DNA from: Dehalococcoidia bacterium
Lineage (GTDB): Bacteria > Chloroflexota > Dehalococcoidia > Lucifugimonadales > UBA3495
Direction: 5' to 3'
DNA length: 64,000 nucleotides
Assembly (NCBI GenBank): GCA_022823505.1
Contig: JAJEIA010000073.1
Span: forward strand, 924 to 64,923
Position 1 is the first letter of the stretch. Each line of letters starts with the position of its first letter. A program made the position numbers and the translations under genes. The notes under the pieces are model-generated. The model searched no databases. It was not told the DNA's origin and saw nothing but the letters and a program-made list of their open reading frames with translations. Below are positions 47,644 through 56,866 of the stretch, in pieces.

Positions 47644-47749
47644 TTCTTCAGGCTCCCGAGCAACAGGCTCATGTTGGAGTCGATTCACCGGCGGCCGCCT
47701 GAGCAGATGGGCGTCTGCTGCCGCGGGTCGCCTCGGACGGTCGACGCTT

Positions 47750-48007
47750 TCACGCGATGAGGTCATCATCCTCCCGCTGCGCCGGCAACGCCGCCCAGCA
47801 ACTCACCAGGCACGCCCGGGCCTCTCGGTCCAGATCATCCTGAAGTTCGGCAAAGGGGTTCGGAATCCACGAGTCGCCATTGTCCGCGCCGCTGGTCGCC
47901 CAGTCCGACGGGACCCACATCTTCCGCAGCATCTCCTCCATGTCGTGGACCCGGTTGTTGTGGGTCAACAGCCTCGTGAAGGCGGAGTATTGAACGGTGC
48001 TGCTCAT
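47750..48007 (-). CDS. hypothetical small protein (85 aa), acidic C-terminus
   Basis: ATG 48007 downstream of AAGGGAGG (14-nt spacing). GC3-rich. No family recognised. Confidence 0.45.
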   Translation of the reverse strand: MSSTVQYSAFTRLLTHNNRVHDMEEMLRKMWVPSDWATSGADNGDSWIPNPFAELQDDLDREARACLVSCWAALPAQREDDDLIA

Positions 48008-48194
48008 GATGGTGTTGAACACCTCCCTTGGGGTTGATAATGGCGAGCAGGTGGCACGGTTGCCAATTTGGTTTGACCCGAACGCCCGGCGATGGTGGCT
48101 ATCCCGGAGCGTCCTTGAGCCCTGTATTTGATACGCCTTGACGCTATCCACAGATCAATCCCTCTTCGATGTAAGGACAAGTTCCGTGGTTCGC

Positions 48195-48722
48195 CTATTG
48201 CCCGCTGCGACGGCTGGTGCGGCGGGCACGGGGCCTCCGGGTGGTGACCGCGGCCAGGCTCAGCAGCGGTTCCGGGTCCCCCTGTTGCAGGGTGCGGGCC
48301 TGCTCTTCGAAGTTGGCCGCTCCCTGAAAGTCGTAATACACGGAGGCGTACCGGATGTACGCGACCTCGTCCAGCGTTCGCAGCCGCTCTAGGACCATCA
48401 GTCCCAGGTCGCGGGACTTGACCACGCCGCTGCCCAGGCGCTGGAGTTCCGTCTCAATATCGTCGGCCAGGCGGTCAATGTCCCGCCGGGGGATGGGCCT
48501 CTTTGTGCAGGCCATGTCGATCCCCGAGACCAGCTTGGCCCGGCTGAATTCCTGGCGCCGTCCGTCGCGCTTGTCCACTTGCAGCGCCGGCAGCCTGACC
48601 TGTTCGTGGGTGGTGAACCGGCGCCCGCAGGACAGGCATTCCCGGCGCCGCCGGATCCCGTTGTCGGCATCCCGCGAGTCGGTCACCTTGCTTTGCACCG
48701 TTTCACAGTATGGGCACTTCAT
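48195..48722 (-). CDS. nrdR: transcriptional repressor NrdR (Zn ribbon + ATP-cone) with basic C-terminal extension
   Basis: MKCPYCETVQSKVTDSRDADNGIRRRRECLSCGRRFTTHE is the invariant N-terminus. ATG 48722. The upstream part of ORF 48195..48950 is non-coding leader. Confidence 0.93.
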   Translation of the reverse strand: MKCPYCETVQSKVTDSRDADNGIRRRRECLSCGRRFTTHEQVRLPALQVDKRDGRRQEFSRAKLVSGIDMACTKRPIPRRDIDRLADDIETELQRLGSGVVKSRDLGLMVLERLRTLDEVAYIRYASVYYDFQGAANFEEQARTLQQGDPEPLLSLAAVTTRRPRARRTSRRSGQ

Positions 48723-48767
48723 TTGTTGCAAAACCTTTTTGGTCGCTTTTTCAGACAGTTTTTGGAA

Positions 48768-48814
48768 TCGGTATATGTTGTGTTTTTGAACCGAATAACC
48801 ACAACCTGTAGTAG
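48768..48814 (-). promoter_or_regulatory. two NrdR-box-like sites upstream of nrdR
   Basis: Minus strand ACACAACATATACCGA (48783-48768) matches the recalled NrdR-box consensus acaCwAtATaTwGtgt at 12 of 16 positions. CCACAACCTGTAGTAG (48799-48814, read on the plus strand) matches at about 10 of 16. Centres are about 30 bp apart. Confidence 0.35.
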
Positions 48815-48910
48815 TCAGGATTATACCGACCCCGATTCCCCTTCGCACGGAGAAAGGCGTCAGGAATTCAACCGATTCTTCGCGATTTTCAGGCCGCCAA
48901 TCGTGACGAC

Positions 48911-48948
48911 ACAAAAATTGGCCCCCTCTCCCAAAGGCAGAGGGGGCC
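48911..48948 (-). terminator. rho-independent terminator after ftsZ
   Basis: Perfect 10-bp stem GGCCCCCTCT / AGAGGGGGCC (48920-48948). The minus strand is followed by AATTTTTGT. Lies 24 nt after the ftsZ stop. Confidence 0.8.
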
Positions 48949-48971
48949 ACAAGGGTCAGTGATGGACCTGT

Positions 48972-50114
48972 CTACCGGTAAAACCCCCGGCGATTCTGGC
49001 GGTTCTGCAAGAACGTCGGGAGTTCATAATCCCTTCTTTCAGGCACGTCCATTTCGTTCAGCAACTTGGCGATATCGTCTTCCGGGGTCTCAATTGCCGC
49101 CGGGAAGTCCGCCGCCACCATCGTCATCTTCACCTCGTCGTCCAACCGGGCATCCCGGTTGGTCCCGAAGATGATGTTGGCGTTCGGGTCGGCCAACTCC
49201 TCGACCACCGCCGCCGCTTCCTGCACCTCCTGCAACGACAGGTTGTTGCCGCCGGTCAGGACGAACAGGATGCGCCGGGATCCTTCCAGCGAGATGTCCA
49301 GCAACGGACTGGTGGTGCATTGCCGGGCCGCCTCCCGGGCTCGCCCTTCCCCCCGGCCCCGGCCGATGGACAACCAGGCCTGGCCGGCCCCCGTGAGGAT
49401 TGTCTTCACGTCGGCGAAGTCCACGTTGATCTCGCCGGGCACCGTGACCACTTCCGCGATCGCGCTGATGCCCTGATGCAACACCGAATCCGCCAGCTTG
49501 AGCGCGTCCTCCCACGAATAGGAGTCGGACTGTTCCTCGTTGAGCGCCAGCAGCCGGTCGTTGGGAATGACGATCATGGTGTCGACATGGTCCTGCAACC
49601 GTTCCAGGCCATCCTCGGCGTTTTTGCGCCGCATCTGCGCCTCGAAACCAAAGGGCCGGCTCACCACCGCGATGGTCAGGGCGCCCGATTCCTTGGCAAT
49701 CTGAGCAACCACCGGGGCGGCCCCGGTGCCGGTGCCACCACCCATGCCCACCGCCAGGAACACCATGTCGGCCCCGCTCACGGCCTGTTCTATTTCGGCG
49801 CGCGACTCCTCCGCCGCCTGCCGACCCAGCTCGGGTTGTGCGCCCGCGCCCAGCCCCCGCGTCAGGTTGCGGCCCAGCGGGATCCGGTAGTGCACGTCGC
49901 ACCGGGCCAGGTGCTGCGCGTCGGTGTTCAACGCGTAATATTCGACCACGGGCAGCTTTTCCTTATACATGCGGCTCACCGCGTTGGAGCCGCCGCCACC
50001 CACGCCAAGCACTTTTATCAGCGGAACCCCCCGTCCGATCTCGGGTATCAGGCCGTCGGTGTCATCAAAGCGTTCGGCTGGCTCCCATGACGCGGAGTTA
50101 TCGGGAAATATCAT
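48972..50114 (-). CDS. ftsZ: cell division protein FtsZ
   Basis: GVGGGGSNAV, GMGGGTGTGAAPVVA tubulin signature. AGGAGG lies 10 nt upstream of ATG 50114. Confidence 0.97.
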   Translation of the reverse strand: MIFPDNSASWEPAERFDDTDGLIPEIGRGVPLIKVLGVGGGGSNAVSRMYKEKLPVVEYYALNTDAQHLARCDVHYRIPLGRNLTRGLGAGAQPELGRQAAEESRAEIEQAVSGADMVFLAVGMGGGTGTGAAPVVAQIAKESGALTIAVVSRPFGFEAQMRRKNAEDGLERLQDHVDTMIVIPNDRLLALNEEQSDSYSWEDALKLADSVLHQGISAIAEVVTVPGEINVDFADVKTILTGAGQAWLSIGRGRGEGRAREAARQCTTSPLLDISLEGSRRILFVLTGGNNLSLQEVQEAAAVVEELADPNANIIFGTNRDARLDDEVKMTMVAADFPAAIETPEDDIAKLLNEMDVPERRDYELPTFLQNRQNRRGFYR

Positions 50115-50208
50115 CGTCCTTTCGCCTCCTGTTATTGTTGGTTCGTTTGTGGTTTAGCGATGTCCAAATTGCACCGGTCCGGCCCCGCACGACGGGCGTC
50201 CGATGACC

Positions 50209-51507
50209 CTAAATCTGTTCGTCCTCGAACTCCGGCTCCTCCTCGGCACGCCGCGAGCCGGACCGAGCGAACGGCCGCCGGAACAGCGCAGCCGGAGACC
50301 AGTTCCGTTCACCCGAACCGCGCGGCCGCTCCTGATCGGGACGGTTGCGGTGCTTGACAGCCCACTGCAAGGCGCCCAACACCGCGGAGAATTCAGGCTG
50401 CCGCAGTGATTCCGGCAGTCCCGCGTACCACAGCGGTCCGCCCACGCGCACGTCGGTTCTCAAGCCACGCGACGCCATCTCCGCCAGACCGGGCATGCGA
50501 CACGCTCCTCCCGTCAGCACGATCCCTCCTGGCGGCATCGCGCCGATCTCCGCCTTGTAGAGTTCCTCGCTGATGAGTTTCAGCATCTGCAACGACCGCA
50601 GATACAGCGGCTCGCATAGCTCGCGCCGCAATACCATTCTTCTCGGGTGCACCTGGGTCGCCGGGATCAGCACTTCTTCGTTCGCGGGAATCGCATCGGG
50701 CAGCGCGTGGCCGAACTGGATCTTCAGGTCCTCGGCCATCTGGTACGGCACGCGCATCGCCACCGCCATGTCCCGGGTCAGCTGGTTGCCGCCCACCGGA
50801 ACCACCGATGAGTACACCGGCGTCCCCTCGCGATAAATCGCCGTCTTGATCGTCCCGGCTCCGATGTCCGCGACAATCACGCCCATCTCACGCTCGTCGG
50901 CGGTCAGCACCCCTTCGGCCGAGGCCAGCGGGTGCGCGATCATCCCCTCGACCTTGGCCTTGCACGACTGCAGCGCGCGCACGGTATTCCCCAGCGGGAC
51001 CGACATTCCGCGCACGATGTGCGCCTCCAACTGTAGCTCGTTCGTGTCCAGGCCCGTCGGATTGCGAACCCCGGTCATCCCGTCCAGCCTGTAACGCATC
51101 GGGATCATGTGCAGGGTCTGCTCGCTGCGGGTGTCCAACTGCTGTTCCAGGCTCCCGGAGGTGCTGCTTATCAGTGACCGCAGCCGCTGCTCCGTTATCG
51201 TCACGACCTCCTGGCCGCTGCCCAGCATCTCCGTCGAGTTTGCGCTGACCAGGTGATCGCCGTTCACCACCACGTGATACCGGTCCACCGGGTTCCGCCC
51301 CACGTAGCGGAGGCACTCCGCCAAGCTCTCCTGCAGGCTGTTCTTGACCTCTCCGAAATCGTCGATGATGCCCTGCTGCACTCCGTTGGACGGCGCCACG
51401 CCGGTCCCCAGCGGCTTCAGCTCGCCTTCCGGTCCAAGTCGCGCAACGATCGAGATGATTTTGCTTGTGCCGATGTCAACGGCGGCGTACATCGATTCCT
51501 GTGGCAT
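50209..51507 (-). CDS. ftsA: cell division protein FtsA
   Basis: 432 aa actin-like ATPase. AVDIGTSKI, VADIGAGT, LTGGACRMPGL blocks. Basic C-terminal tail. Confidence 0.92.
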   Translation of the reverse strand: MPQESMYAAVDIGTSKIISIVARLGPEGELKPLGTGVAPSNGVQQGIIDDFGEVKNSLQESLAECLRYVGRNPVDRYHVVVNGDHLVSANSTEMLGSGQEVVTITEQRLRSLISSTSGSLEQQLDTRSEQTLHMIPMRYRLDGMTGVRNPTGLDTNELQLEAHIVRGMSVPLGNTVRALQSCKAKVEGMIAHPLASAEGVLTADEREMGVIVADIGAGTIKTAIYREGTPVYSSVVPVGGNQLTRDMAVAMRVPYQMAEDLKIQFGHALPDAIPANEEVLIPATQVHPRRMVLRRELCEPLYLRSLQMLKLISEELYKAEIGAMPPGGIVLTGGACRMPGLAEMASRGLRTDVRVGGPLWYAGLPESLRQPEFSAVLGALQWAVKHRNRPDQERPRGSGERNWSPAALFRRPFARSGSRRAEEEPEFEDEQI

Positions 51508-51570
51508 TGTGGAGTTACCTCGGTCGCATGTGGTTATGGGAAAGAAAAATGATCGTTCGCTGGCGGCGAA

Positions 51571-52593
51571 TCAGATGCGTTCCACCGCCCGGAGACGCGC
51601 GCTTCGGCTGCGCGGGTTGTTGTCTGTTTCGGCCGCGGACGGACGAACCACGCGCCGCCGCACGAATCGCACCGACGGTTCGTGGTCGCACGCGCAAACC
51701 GGCAACTCCGGCGGACAGATGCACCGGGCGGCCTCCCGGTCCATCCAGCTCTTCACCAACCGGTCCTCCAGGCTGTGGTAGCTGATCACCACCAATCGTC
51801 CGCCCGGTTTCAGCACCGCAAGCGCGGCGTCAAGCCCCGCCTGGAGGTGCATCAACTCCTCGTTGACCGCTATTCGCAGCGCCTGGAACGTGCGCGTCGC
51901 CGGATGCCGGCTGCCTCGGCGGCCGCCCAACGCCCGGGCGATCACCGAGGCCAAGCCTCCCGTGGTGGTGATCGGCCGTGCCGCCACGATCGCCCGTGCC
52001 ACCGCGCGGCTGCGGCGTTCCTCACCGTAGCGGTAAATCACGTCGGCCACATCACGCTCGTCTGCATGGTTCACGAAATCGGCAGCCGTCGATCCAACGG
52101 TGTCGTACCTCATGTCAAGGGGCTCGTCCCGCTGGAACGAAAACCCATATCCCACGGCGTCGACCTGCCGCGAGGAAAATCCCAGGTCGAGCAAAATACC
52201 ATCGACACGCTCGATCCCGGCTTGCCGCGCCAAGTCGCTCATCTCCGCGTAATTTCCGTGCACAATTTGCGCCCGGGCCCCGTAATCGGCCAGCCGCAGG
52301 CGGGCCGCATCGACCGAGCGCGGGTCGCGGTCAATTCCCAGGATTGCCCCGTCGGGTCCGGAGGCCGCCAGGATCGCCGCGGAATGTCCGCCCTCACCCA
52401 CCGTGCCGTCCACGTACACGCCCCCGGGCCTGACCGACAGCCATTCCACCGTTTCCGTCACCAGCACTGGAATGTGATGAAAACCCAAGTCCTCATCCTC
52501 ACGTGTTGCCGCGGCCAAACATACCCATTCGGACAACACCGAACCGACGGACGTCCGTAGTGGAGCCTGCCTGTTGGATATCGCCAGTGTCAT
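51571..52593 (-). CDS. rsmH: 16S rRNA (cytosine1402-N4)-methyltransferase
   Basis: HIPVLVTETVEWL...DGTVGEGGHS...SYHSLEDRLVK blocks. The N-terminal 40 aa are atypical, so the exact start is uncertain. Confidence 0.88.
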   Translation of the reverse strand: MTLAISNRQAPLRTSVGSVLSEWVCLAAATREDEDLGFHHIPVLVTETVEWLSVRPGGVYVDGTVGEGGHSAAILAASGPDGAILGIDRDPRSVDAARLRLADYGARAQIVHGNYAEMSDLARQAGIERVDGILLDLGFSSRQVDAVGYGFSFQRDEPLDMRYDTVGSTAADFVNHADERDVADVIYRYGEERRSRAVARAIVAARPITTTGGLASVIARALGGRRGSRHPATRTFQALRIAVNEELMHLQAGLDAALAVLKPGGRLVVISYHSLEDRLVKSWMDREAARCICPPELPVCACDHEPSVRFVRRRVVRPSAAETDNNPRSRSARLRAVERI

Positions 52594-52923
52594 CACTTAC
52601 CCGTTTTGAAATCGCTATCGGTCGAGGCGTGCGTCGACCACGCTTGGTCTACACGCCCTAACGTGAGACCGAATTTAACAAATGGGTTTTGCCACTGCCT
52701 GCTTTCGGGAATACGAAATAAATCAATTTTTTCAAAAAGTACAAATTTTGCCCCGCCGGCCCTATCGCCCGATTTCCTGCGACTTCGCGTCGGGGACCGC
52801 CATCGGCCCGGACCGAAGAAGCCTCCGGCCGGTGGTTGCCCATCACCGCTCACCCTCCCTCGCCGCAAACTGGCTTCTCGCCTTGTGATACGATTCCATA
52901 CGTACCGGTCCATATTGATTGCA

Positions 52924-53529
52924 ATGGAAAACCACCCTTCATTCCTGTCCCGCGTCCGGGGAGTCGAACTGCTCCCGGGTGAAAGCGTGGCCGCGTTTCT
53001 CGACGCCGAACACGGCTTGACGACCGAGCCCACACCGGCCGGCCGTCTCCTCGTGGCGACGAACCGGCGGGTCATATCGGTGATGGAGGAAGGACCTACC
53101 CGCGTCGTTCAGATGTTCGTCGCTGACTCGGTGACCGGTGTCAGCGTGCGCAACGACTCGCGACGCAGCCTCTCCTGGAAGCAATGGGCAACCCTTTTGG
53201 CCGGCGGCGTTGTGGCTTATTTCCTGCTGGCCTATTGGCTGGTCGATCGCCTGCCCAACGTCGTCATTCCCGTCATCAACCTGCACGCCATGGCCGCCGT
53301 GCTCATGGTTCTTATCGTGCTGCTGGGCTGGATCATCTGGCGGAGCCTGACCGACTCCGGCGGCAGCCTGATCCGCATCGACGGGTGGAATTGGACCCTG
53401 GAGGCGCCCTGCACCGCCGGCAACGCCGACCTCATGACCTTCGCCGGCATCCTGCTTCGGTCGCGTTCCGCTCCCGGTTCCGGCCCGGAACATCCGGCAG
53501 CGCGCGAGGTCAGCGCCGCTGGATCTTAG
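52924..53529 (+). CDS. hypothetical membrane protein (201 aa, two central TM helices)
   Basis: ATG 52924. Hydrophobic segments WATLLAGGVVAYFLLAYWLV and AMAAVLMVLIVLLGWIIW. No family recognised. Confidence 0.6.
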   Translation: MENHPSFLSRVRGVELLPGESVAAFLDAEHGLTTEPTPAGRLLVATNRRVISVMEEGPTRVVQMFVADSVTGVSVRNDSRRSLSWKQWATLLAGGVVAYFLLAYWLVDRLPNVVIPVINLHAMAAVLMVLIVLLGWIIWRSLTDSGGSLIRIDGWNWTLEAPCTAGNADLMTFAGILLRSRSAPGSGPEHPAAREVSAAGS

Positions 53530-53541
53530 CTTCGCGCCAGG

Positions 53542-54615
53542 TTACGCCGGCACGCCAAACGGTAGAGACGGATCAACGTCCAGCGCCAAATCGGCGACTT
53601 CACCGCGCTGGAACTGGTAGAAGGCTCCCGCCGCGATCATTGCCCCGTTGTCGGTGCACAATACCGGCGCGGGTATGATGGCCGGCACCGGCGACTCCGC
53701 AAGCACCCTTTGTCTCAGGCGAGCGTTGGCCGTCACGCCCCCGCCCAACACCAGCCCTCGGGCTTTGTAGCGATCAGCCATTTCCAGCAACTTGGCCGTC
53801 ATGACGTCCACCAGTGACTCCTGGAACTGGTGCGCCAGGTTTGCCACCAACCGGTCGGCATCCGCCCCCATCTGCTCTGGCGCCGGATACAGTCCCACAT
53901 CCTGCGCCCGGTGCAAAAGCGCCGTCTTCACTCCGCTGAAGCTGAAATCAAACGTGTCGCGCATCCACGCCCGTGGCAAGGGCGACGCCGCGGCCGCGAA
54001 AGGCTCGCCGTCTTCGGAGAAATCGGCCAGGGCCTCGGCGGCTTTCTGGATTTCCGGACCCCCCGGAAAGCCCAGCCCGAGGACCCGCGCCGCCTTGTCG
54101 AAGGCCTCTCCGGCCGCGTCGTCCCGCGTCCGCCCCACCAGGCGATATTGGCCGTGCCCTTCCATCAGGATCAGGTCCGTGTGGCCGCCCGATGCGACCA
54201 GGCACGCCAGCGGGAATCCCGGCTCCTCTGCTGGTGACGCGTCGCCGGGAACCAGCCACGCCGCATAGACGTGACCCTCCAGGTGGTTAACCCCGATCAA
54301 AGGGACGTCCAGGGTCAGCGCCAGCGATTTCGCCGTATTCACCCCGCTGATCAGGGCTCCGGCCAACCCGGGGCCATGGGTCACCGCCACCGCGTCGATG
54401 TCTTCCAGCGTCACCTCGGCATTCGCCAGCGCCCGCCGCAGGGTCGGTTCCATATCCCGGATGTGTTGCCGTGACGCCAACTCGGGCACAACCCCGCCGT
54501 GGGCGGCGTGCAGCGCGGCCTGGGACGCAATCGCGTTTGCGCGCAAACTTCGGCCGTCCTCCACGATGCCCACCGCAGTTTCGTCACAAGACGTTTCTAT
54601 CCCCAAAATCAGCAT
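53542..54615 (-). CDS. tsaD: tRNA N6-adenosine threonylcarbamoyltransferase
   Basis: MLILGIETSCDETAVGIV at ATG 54615, HLEGH metal motif, GGVTAN. Confidence 0.95.
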   Translation of the reverse strand: MLILGIETSCDETAVGIVEDGRSLRANAIASQAALHAAHGGVVPELASRQHIRDMEPTLRRALANAEVTLEDIDAVAVTHGPGLAGALISGVNTAKSLALTLDVPLIGVNHLEGHVYAAWLVPGDASPAEEPGFPLACLVASGGHTDLILMEGHGQYRLVGRTRDDAAGEAFDKAARVLGLGFPGGPEIQKAAEALADFSEDGEPFAAAASPLPRAWMRDTFDFSFSGVKTALLHRAQDVGLYPAPEQMGADADRLVANLAHQFQESLVDVMTAKLLEMADRYKARGLVLGGGVTANARLRQRVLAESPVPAIIPAPVLCTDNGAMIAAGAFYQFQRGEVADLALDVDPSLPFGVPA

Positions 54616-54805
54616 GTTACGGATGTTCCCACCGGACGTTGCCAATCAATGCGCCCACGCATTATATCAACCGCCAATCCGGTGACCGGACGGCTTTGCG
54701 CGTCATTTGGCGCGATGCTATCCTTCTGGTTGATAATCTAAATCAGGCGAGACCCGCACGCCGAGCGAGCGGCTCAGCGGGGCCGCCAGGAGGAATAGAA
54801 GCCAG

Positions 54806-56185
54806 ATGATGGACATTGCGCCCGACGGTTTATCGATGGCGGCCGTCTTGTTGCAGGTGGGGGAGACCTCTGGCGGATTATCCATGCCCTGGAGTTTGCA
54901 GCTAACGCTGCTCGCGATCAGTTTCCTGGGAGTAATATTTTTCACCAGCGCCGAGGCGGCGTTGGTGGCGGTCAACAAGATACGTATCCAGTACTTGGCC
55001 GGCCAGGGCAATGCCGCCGCGCGCGCCGTCAACCAAGTCCTGTCGCAACACGAAAAGTTCTTCGCCACCATCCTCCTGAGCCAGAACGCGTTCACCATCT
55101 TCGCCACGGCTCTGGGCACCGCCCTCGCCGCCGACCTCCTGGGCGACGCCGGTTCGGCGGCATTGCTGACCGCGGTGATCATGACGGTGACGATCTCCAT
55201 TTTCGGGGAGATCACTCCAAAAACGCTGGCGGCAACCTACTCCGAACGCTGGTCCCTCGCGGCAGCACATCCCGTCCGGTGGACGATGCTGGTGTGCACC
55301 CCGTTCATATATTTCTTCACCGTGGTTCCGCGCTTGATCTACAAGGCCCTCGGAACCTCATCCGACGGCTGGCAGACCACCTTCACCGAGGGCGAGCTGC
55401 GGATGATGATCGACCTGTCCAGCCAGCAGGGCACGGTGGAATCCGAGGAGGCCGAGCGTCTTCACCGCGTTTTCAACTTCCGCGATCGCCGGCTCTCCGA
55501 GATCATGACCCCGCGCACCGAGATCGTCTGGATCGAAAAAGACACCACGCTCGATGAATTCCTGGCCCTGTACGCCGAGCACAGCCACACCCGGTTCCCG
55601 GTTTATGAAGGCAGCCAGGAGACCGTCCTGGGCGTGCTCTCCAACAAGGAAGTGCTCATCGCCCAGGGCCGCGGCGAAATCGGACCCCAGGATGCCGTCA
55701 CCGAAACCATGCGCCCGGTCGACTTCATACCCGAGACCGTCACCGTGTCCGACGCCTTCGACACCATGCAGGAACAGCGCCTGTCGATGTTGTTGGTCAC
55801 CAACGAATACGGGGGTATCGCCGGCCTGGTTACGATGAAGCAACTCATCGGCGTGATCGTCGGCACCGTGGTCGATGACGACCCGCCGGCCATGACCGCC
55901 GACAGCAGCATCACGCGGCTCCCTGACGGGGCCTACCTCCTGGACGGCGGGATGACAATTATTGAGATCAACGACCGCCTCCATAACAGCGGCATCGCGG
56001 TGCCCGAGGGCGACTACCAGACCATCGCCGGCCTGGTTTTGCACGAGTTGGGAGAACTTCCCGTCGCAAACGACACGGTCAAGGCCGGCGACTTGGAGGT
56101 TACCGTTACCGACATGGCCGGCGCCCGCGTCAACCAGGTGCGTTTGAAGCCCGTTGACCCACCCTCGGAGGATCAATCCACATGA
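54806..56185 (+). CDS. CNNM/HlyC-CorC family transporter (DUF21 + CBS pair + CorC_HlyC)
   Basis: N-terminal 4-TM DUF21, CBS pair (IMTPRTEIVWI...; ...LLVTNEYGGIAGLVT), C-terminal transporter-associated domain. Confidence 0.88.
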   Translation: MMDIAPDGLSMAAVLLQVGETSGGLSMPWSLQLTLLAISFLGVIFFTSAEAALVAVNKIRIQYLAGQGNAAARAVNQVLSQHEKFFATILLSQNAFTIFATALGTALAADLLGDAGSAALLTAVIMTVTISIFGEITPKTLAATYSERWSLAAAHPVRWTMLVCTPFIYFFTVVPRLIYKALGTSSDGWQTTFTEGELRMMIDLSSQQGTVESEEAERLHRVFNFRDRRLSEIMTPRTEIVWIEKDTTLDEFLALYAEHSHTRFPVYEGSQETVLGVLSNKEVLIAQGRGEIGPQDAVTETMRPVDFIPETVTVSDAFDTMQEQRLSMLLVTNEYGGIAGLVTMKQLIGVIVGTVVDDDPPAMTADSSITRLPDGAYLLDGGMTIIEINDRLHNSGIAVPEGDYQTIAGLVLHELGELPVANDTVKAGDLEVTVTDMAGARVNQVRLKPVDPPSEDQST

Positions 56186-56808
56186 GGCTGCACCTGGTAC
56201 GCCACGGCGAAACCGACATCAACGCGTCGGGCCGCCTGCAGGGCACCACCAACTCCATCCTGACCGCCCGGGGCCGGGCCCAGGCCCGGGAACTGGCGGT
56301 CGCCAGCCTCACCTGGAACCCGGTAGCGGTTTACTCCAGCCCGCTCCAGCGAGCCCGTCGCGTTGCCGGCGCCATCGCAGACCTCTCCGGTCTGGCCGTT
56401 ACCGACGAGCCGCGCATCATCGAAATGGATATGGGCGACCTGGAGGGCGTGACCGTCCAGGAAATGCGCGACGGCTGGCCCGACCTCTACCAGGGCTGGC
56501 GACGTGACGCCAGCAGCGTCACCATGCCCGGAGGCGAATCCCTGGGCGACGTACAGCAGCGCGCCATGGCGGCAATCGATGAAATCGACGCGCGCTACGA
56601 CGCTGACGATACCATCATCGCCGTCACCCACAACTTCACCATTCGCTGCATCGTGGCCGCCGTTATCGACCTACCCCTCGCCAACATCAACCACATGGAC
56701 CTGTCGCTGGGCAGCCGCACCACCATCACCTCCGGCCGGCGCGGCCGCCGGCTGGCCGCTTACAACGCCGTCGACCACCTGACCGCCGCCAACCGCACCA
56801 GCTACTAG
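56182..56808 (+). CDS. histidine phosphatase family protein (phosphoglycerate mutase / alpha-ribazole phosphatase-like)
   Basis: LVRHGETDIN catalytic RHGE motif. ATGA overlap with the upstream gene. Confidence 0.85.
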   Translation: MRLHLVRHGETDINASGRLQGTTNSILTARGRAQARELAVASLTWNPVAVYSSPLQRARRVAGAIADLSGLAVTDEPRIIEMDMGDLEGVTVQEMRDGWPDLYQGWRRDASSVTMPGGESLGDVQQRAMAAIDEIDARYDADDTIIAVTHNFTIRCIVAAVIDLPLANINHMDLSLGSRTTITSGRRGRRLAAYNAVDHLTAANRTSY

Positions 56809-56866
56809 GACGGGCCGCCCCTTGGGTCGAAACAAACGCCGCAACGACCGCGGATTCTGGCCGGCA

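Noticed and set aside
52593-53075. 160-aa minus-strand ORF directly upstream of rsmH as a candidate mraZ.
   Set aside because: It has no MraZ/SpoVT-AbrB-like repeats. The sequence is Arg-rich and low-complexity, and it overlaps the start of the better-supported + strand membrane-protein gene.
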